DNA from: Candidatus Geohydrothermomicrobium daggyaiense | Lineage (GTDB): Bacteria > Actinomycetota > Geothermincolia > Fen-727 > JACVIW01 | Length of the DNA stretch: 31,822 nucleotides | Direction of reading: 5' to 3' | Assembly (NCBI GenBank): GCA_015711695.1 | Contig: JACVIW010000001.1 | Coordinates: 1 to 31,822, forward strand | In this document: positions 28,260-31,822 of the stretch, piece by piece | How positions within the stretch are numbered: the stretch's first letter is position 1 | Layout: every line of letters begins with the position of its first letter | Made by a program: the position numbers and the translations under genes | Notes under the pieces: generated by a model | Seen by the model: the letters and a program-made list of their open reading frames with translations, nothing else | Databases searched by the model: none | What the model was told of the DNA's origin: nothing

Positions 28260-29327
28260 TCATGGCTTTTTGTACCTGCAGACTCCCGAGAAGTCACTAC
28301 GCGCCGATAACCTGCTCACTTTGACGACATCACCGGTTCTCGGCGCATGGATGAACATGTCATTGCCAAGGTATATCCCGACGTGGTGAGGAGGCATTCC
28401 AAAAAACACGAGGTCTCCTGGACGGGCTTGTGAGAGCGGAATTTTTATGCCAGCCTCGAACTGGGCTGCGGCGGTTCTTGGAATGTTAATGCCGTGGAGT
28501 CTGTAAACGTATTTGGTGAACCCGGAGCAATCAAAGCAGATTCTATGCTCTCCAGTGGGACAACCGCCCGGACCATTTCCAGCCCAGTGGTAGGGAACTC
28601 CAATATACCTCATTGCGGTTTTTGCGATGGAACTTTCCGGAGCAGAAACGAGAACTTCCGTCGCTTTTTGCTGAAGCGCCGCTGCTTCCGCATCTCTCCT
28701 TCTTGCCTCTTCCTCAAGGATCCTCTGGATCTCCTGGTTTATGCTCGAGAGGAGAGCCTGTCTCGCGGCAAGTTTTGCCTCGATATCAGCCTTTTTCCCA
28801 GCTACTTGCTGTAAGAGCGCCTGTTGCTGTCGCTGTTGCTCCGCAAGCTGGCGCTCGATTTCAGCGACGGAATCTCGTGCTTTTCTTATTCTCTTGATAA
28901 GCTTTGCGTCGCTTTCAGCGACTCTTGCGGCATAATCAGCCCGATGGAGGAAATCTGCGAAATCCCTGGTACTGAGCAGGACTTCGAGCATGGTTGTCCT
29001 GCCGTTTTTGTACATCTCAGCTGCTCGGCTGTTAAGGAGTTCGCGTCGCTTTTTAAGGCTAATTCTAATTTCGTAAAGTCGCTGGCGCGTCAGGTCAACT
29101 TTCTCGGTAATCGCATCGAGCTCTGTTTTGACTCTGTTGTATGCGTCTGTAGCGATTTCAAGTTCTCTGTCGAGCTCATCAATTTCCCTTGAAATTTGCG
29201 CGGCTTGCTGGCTTTTGGATGCGAGGTCTGTTGGGACAGCGAGAGATGGCACGCAGGGCAAGAGTAGCACAAGCATCACTGCAGCGATAATGCATGTTAG
29301 ATTCTGGAAATATTTCCTCTTGCCCAA
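28260..29327 (-). CDS. secreted NlpC/P60 cell-wall peptidase with coiled-coil (CwlO/PcsB-like)
   Basis: Signal peptide, long coiled coil, YKNG...LEVLLS..DF.DF, catalytic FDCSG, PGDLVFF, HHVGIY, FIHAP. Confidence 0.93.
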   Translation of the reverse strand: MGKRKYFQNLTCIIAAVMLVLLLPCVPSLAVPTDLASKSQQAAQISREIDELDRELEIATDAYNRVKTELDAITEKVDLTRQRLYEIRISLKKRRELLNSRAAEMYKNGRTTMLEVLLSTRDFADFLHRADYAARVAESDAKLIKRIRKARDSVAEIERQLAEQQRQQQALLQQVAGKKADIEAKLAARQALLSSINQEIQRILEEEARRRDAEAAALQQKATEVLVSAPESSIAKTAMRYIGVPYHWAGNGPGGCPTGEHRICFDCSGFTKYVYRLHGINIPRTAAAQFEAGIKIPLSQARPGDLVFFGMPPHHVGIYLGNDMFIHAPRTGDVVKVSRLSARSDFSGVCRYKKP

Positions 29328-29766
29328 ATTATCCCGCCTTTATGTGTTTCAACGAAAAACCGCTCTGGTACGCGGAAGAGTTAAACCCTGCTGGAATCTA
29401 TATGCTGTAATCTATAATAAATAAACGATATATTATTAAAGTGGTATCTATTATCGTCTTCAAACTCACCAGGGTCAATAGTTTCTGTTAATTATTGTTG
29501 CTTGATAATACTTTCGTAATAATATTATCGGCATTGTTGAAAAAGGTTTGATAGTTTCAAATTATTATTTTTGTTAATATCTGTCTTCTTTTGTAAAATA
29601 TTCGCGGACTCTAATTCGTTAAATGAAGACCGTGCCCCTGCCTCTAAACTTCATAATTGAAGATCTTGTTAAGACTATAGTTATATCTAAACTGGTATTG
29701 TATTTGCAGCTATAGATGTTATAAATATATATAAAATAAAATATATATATAGTAGAAAAAGAGCGA

Positions 29767-29843
29767 TGCGGGGTGGAGCAGTCTGGTAGCTCGCTGGGCT
29801 CATAACCCAGAGGTCGCCGGTTCAAATCCGGCCCCCGCTACCA
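29767..29843 (+). tRNA. initiator tRNA-fMet (CAT)
   Basis: 77 nt cloverleaf TGCGGGG...CTCATAA...GGTTCAAATCC...CCCCGCTACCA. Three G:C pairs in the anticodon stem, unpaired 1:72, encoded CCA. Confidence 0.97.
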
Positions 29844-29891
29844 TCTTTTCCTGAATCGTAACTTTCCCTGAATCTTTAAATTATCGACTCG

Positions 29892-30392
29892 TCACTCAAA
29901 TATCTCACGGGGAGCTTCTGGATAAACTTGAGGCCCTATACCTGTGCCCATGTCTACCACAATCCACTCATTTCCTGATTTCTTTAGAAATACGCTTGCG
30001 GCGTCAGTCGATCGATCAACAGGTTCGAGGTCAACGCGGGCCCAGCCAGCTGCCATTTTGGCAGCGAGGACGCGCAGTTCGGGAAGAGATGGGTTGTTTT
30101 CTCTGGCGGCGGCAACGGCGGTGCGTATTACCACGTTTCTTTCATCAGGCGTTTCCCCCGCGGGTTGATCCCCTTTTATGTTTTCGTCTGTCAAATTCCC
30201 TGTGCTCTCGCCGCTCCGGGTGTCGTCTCTCGATTTGTTTTTTTCAGCCTTTAGCGATTCACTCTCATTTTTCTCTAAAACCGCTCCCTGTTGCCCTCTG
30301 CTTCCTTTCTGACAGCCCGATAAATAAAGCATTGATGCAGCAAGGGTAAGGGATAAAAATGCAAACACAACGGCCCTAAGTCTTTTTTTCAT
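29892..30392 (-). CDS. lipoprotein of unknown function
   Basis: ATG 30392 after AAGAGG; MKKRLRAVVFAFLSLTLAASMLYLSGC (lipobox LSG|C), polar linker, compact C-terminal domain (GWARV...ASVFLKK.G.EW.VVDMGTG). Confidence 0.8.
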   Translation of the reverse strand: MKKRLRAVVFAFLSLTLAASMLYLSGCQKGSRGQQGAVLEKNESESLKAEKNKSRDDTRSGESTGNLTDENIKGDQPAGETPDERNVVIRTAVAAARENNPSLPELRVLAAKMAAGWARVDLEPVDRSTDAASVFLKKSGNEWIVVDMGTGIGPQVYPEAPREIFE

Positions 30393-30594
30393 GTCCTCTT
30401 CTTGTATTGCTCTTTTCATGTTGGTTGGATCGCTTAAATTAAATCGGAACGCCGGTAAAACCAACTCAATATTTCTGCTCAAAGAAAGGGATCACCTTTA
30501 GCTTTTGCCCAGTGACCAGAGATCTGGAGACCGGCAATATCAGGTTCTTTGTTATGCTTTACCTTCGGCATTGCATTAGTATTTTCGAAACTTT

Positions 30595-31821
30595 TTACCC
30601 GGTGACTTCTTTTTCAACTAATTGAGTCGCTAATGAAACTAGGTTATCAACGGTGAAGCCGAACTCCCGCATTACTTCTGTTCCTGGCGCTGACAATCCA
30701 AATCTCTCCACGCATAATGATTTTCCATCAAGGCCGAGATATTTACCCCAACCATGGCTCACACCTGCTTCAACAACGAGTCTGTGTCTTATCGCCGGGG
30801 GAAGGACGCTCTCCTTGTATTCCTTTTCCTGTTCTTCGAATATTTCCCATGATCCCATATTGACAAGCCTCGCCCAAACGCCACCTTTTTCAAGTTTTTT
30901 CACCGCCTCAAGCGCGAGCGAAACCTCAGAGCCTGTGGCAATTATGATGATTTTCGGGCTGTTTTTGCTCTCATAGAGGACATATCCACCGCGCCTTAAG
31001 TTTGTAGCGTCCGCAAGATCTTTCCTATCAAGTACGGGAACATTCTGCCGGGTGAGAATCAAAGCCGTGGGGCTCTTTCTTTCCAAAGCGAGTTCCCAGG
31101 CGACGACCACTTCATTCGCATCTGCGGGTCTGATTACCGTGAGTCCCGGAACCGCCCTCAGGCTGGAGATTTGTTCGACTGGCTGATGAGTGGGCCCGTC
31201 TTCACCCACCCCCAGGCTATCATGCGTGAATACGTAAACAATGTGGAGGCCCATCATAGCAGCAAGCCTCATGGATGGTCTCATGTAATCGGAGAACACG
31301 AGAAAAGTTCCGCAATATGGTATCAGTCCTCCGTGCCTCGCCATCCCATTCACCATGGCGGCCATTCCATGCTCGCGGACACCAAAATGCAGATTTCTTC
31401 CCGAGTAATGTCCTTTCCGAATGCTTTCATAGCCAGGCAGCAGGGTGTTATTTGAGGGACCGAGATCAGCTGAACCACCTATCAATTCCGGGATGACCTT
31501 AGCAAGAGCTTGTAAAACTTTTCCGGAAGCGGACCTTGTGGCAATGCTGCTTTCAGGCGCGAAAGAGGGAAGATTCTTTTTCCATCCAGCGGGAAGTACT
31601 CCTTTCATGACTCGATTCCATTCGCGAGCGTCATCCGGAAATTTTTTTGCGTATTCCTCAAATTTTTCCTGCCACTTCGCCTCAAATACCCGACCCTTTT
31701 CGACTGCTTTCCTCATATGGTTTAAGACGGCTTCAGGAACGAAGAACTCATTGTCCGGGTCAAAGCCGAGGTTCGCTTTTGTTAAGCGGGCTTCTTCTGG
31801 GCCGAGGGGTGCTCCATGAGC
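30595..31821 (-). CDS. tkt: transketolase, 5'-truncated by the window edge
   Basis: AHGAPLG, ATRSASG, GGSADL, FGVREHGM, FLVFSDY, THDS.GVGEDGPTHQPVE, IATGSEV. Confidence 0.97.
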   Translation of the reverse strand, partial: AHGAPLGPEEARLTKANLGFDPDNEFFVPEAVLNHMRKAVEKGRVFEAKWQEKFEEYAKKFPDDAREWNRVMKGVLPAGWKKNLPSFAPESSIATRSASGKVLQALAKVIPELIGGSADLGPSNNTLLPGYESIRKGHYSGRNLHFGVREHGMAAMVNGMARHGGLIPYCGTFLVFSDYMRPSMRLAAMMGLHIVYVFTHDSLGVGEDGPTHQPVEQISSLRAVPGLTVIRPADANEVVVAWELALERKSPTALILTRQNVPVLDRKDLADATNLRRGGYVLYESKNSPKIIIIATGSEVSLALEAVKKLEKGGVWARLVNMGSWEIFEEQEKEYKESVLPPAIRHRLVVEAGVSHGWGKYLGLDGKSLCVERFGLSAPGTEVMREFGFTVDNLVSLATQLVEKEVTG

Positions 31822-31822
31822 T

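Noticed and set aside
29328-29460. c-di-AMP (ydaO) or other riboswitch upstream of the NlpC/P60 gene
   Set aside because: Expected from context, but none of the conserved motifs are visible on the minus strand.
29328-29760. oriC in the AT-rich region
   Set aside because: Only 6-7/9 matches to TTATCCACA, no cluster of DnaA boxes, and no dnaA/dnaN context.
29820-29900. Integrated element at the tRNA-Met 3' end
   Set aside because: No duplicated tRNA 3' end, integrase or transposase was seen in the window.
1-31822. Genome-wide UGA reassignment (code 4/25) as explanation of the prfA stop
   Set aside because: About a dozen conserved genes (moaC, mog, pgk2, rpmE, prmC, glyA, cobB and others) end at TGA at their expected lengths, and no other gene shows an internal TGA.

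Overview
Chromosomal housekeeping window (roughly 45-50% GC) from a bacterium. UPF0182, DUF2342 and the rho-rpmE-prfA-prmC-tsaC-rpiB-glyA order suggest a deep-branching, probably anaerobic Actinomycetota-like lineage; this placement is inference only. Left to right it holds: a molybdopterin cluster (moaA partial, moaC, MOSC, mog/moaB); a stand-alone helical RsbRD-N-like protein and a histidine phosphatase; hps-rraA plus DUF2342 on the minus strand; a long plus-strand run hom-thrC-apgM-metallophosphoesterase-cpgS-pgk2-tal-rho-rpmE-prfA-prmC-tsaC-rpiB-glyA-cobB-UPF0182; several minus-strand envelope genes; initiator tRNA-Met; and a partial transketolase. I found no mobile element or CRISPR array. 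Two observations stand out. (1) An archaeal-type cyclic 2,3-diphosphoglycerate (cDPG) module (cpgS + pgk2) is flanked by an archaeal-type phosphoglycerate mutase and a phosphodiesterase-like enzyme that is a candidate cDPG hydrolase. (2) An otherwise intact prfA (RF1) has a single in-frame TGA at 18959-18961 followed by a possible hairpin, which means readthrough/recoding, a fresh nonsense allele or a sequence error.
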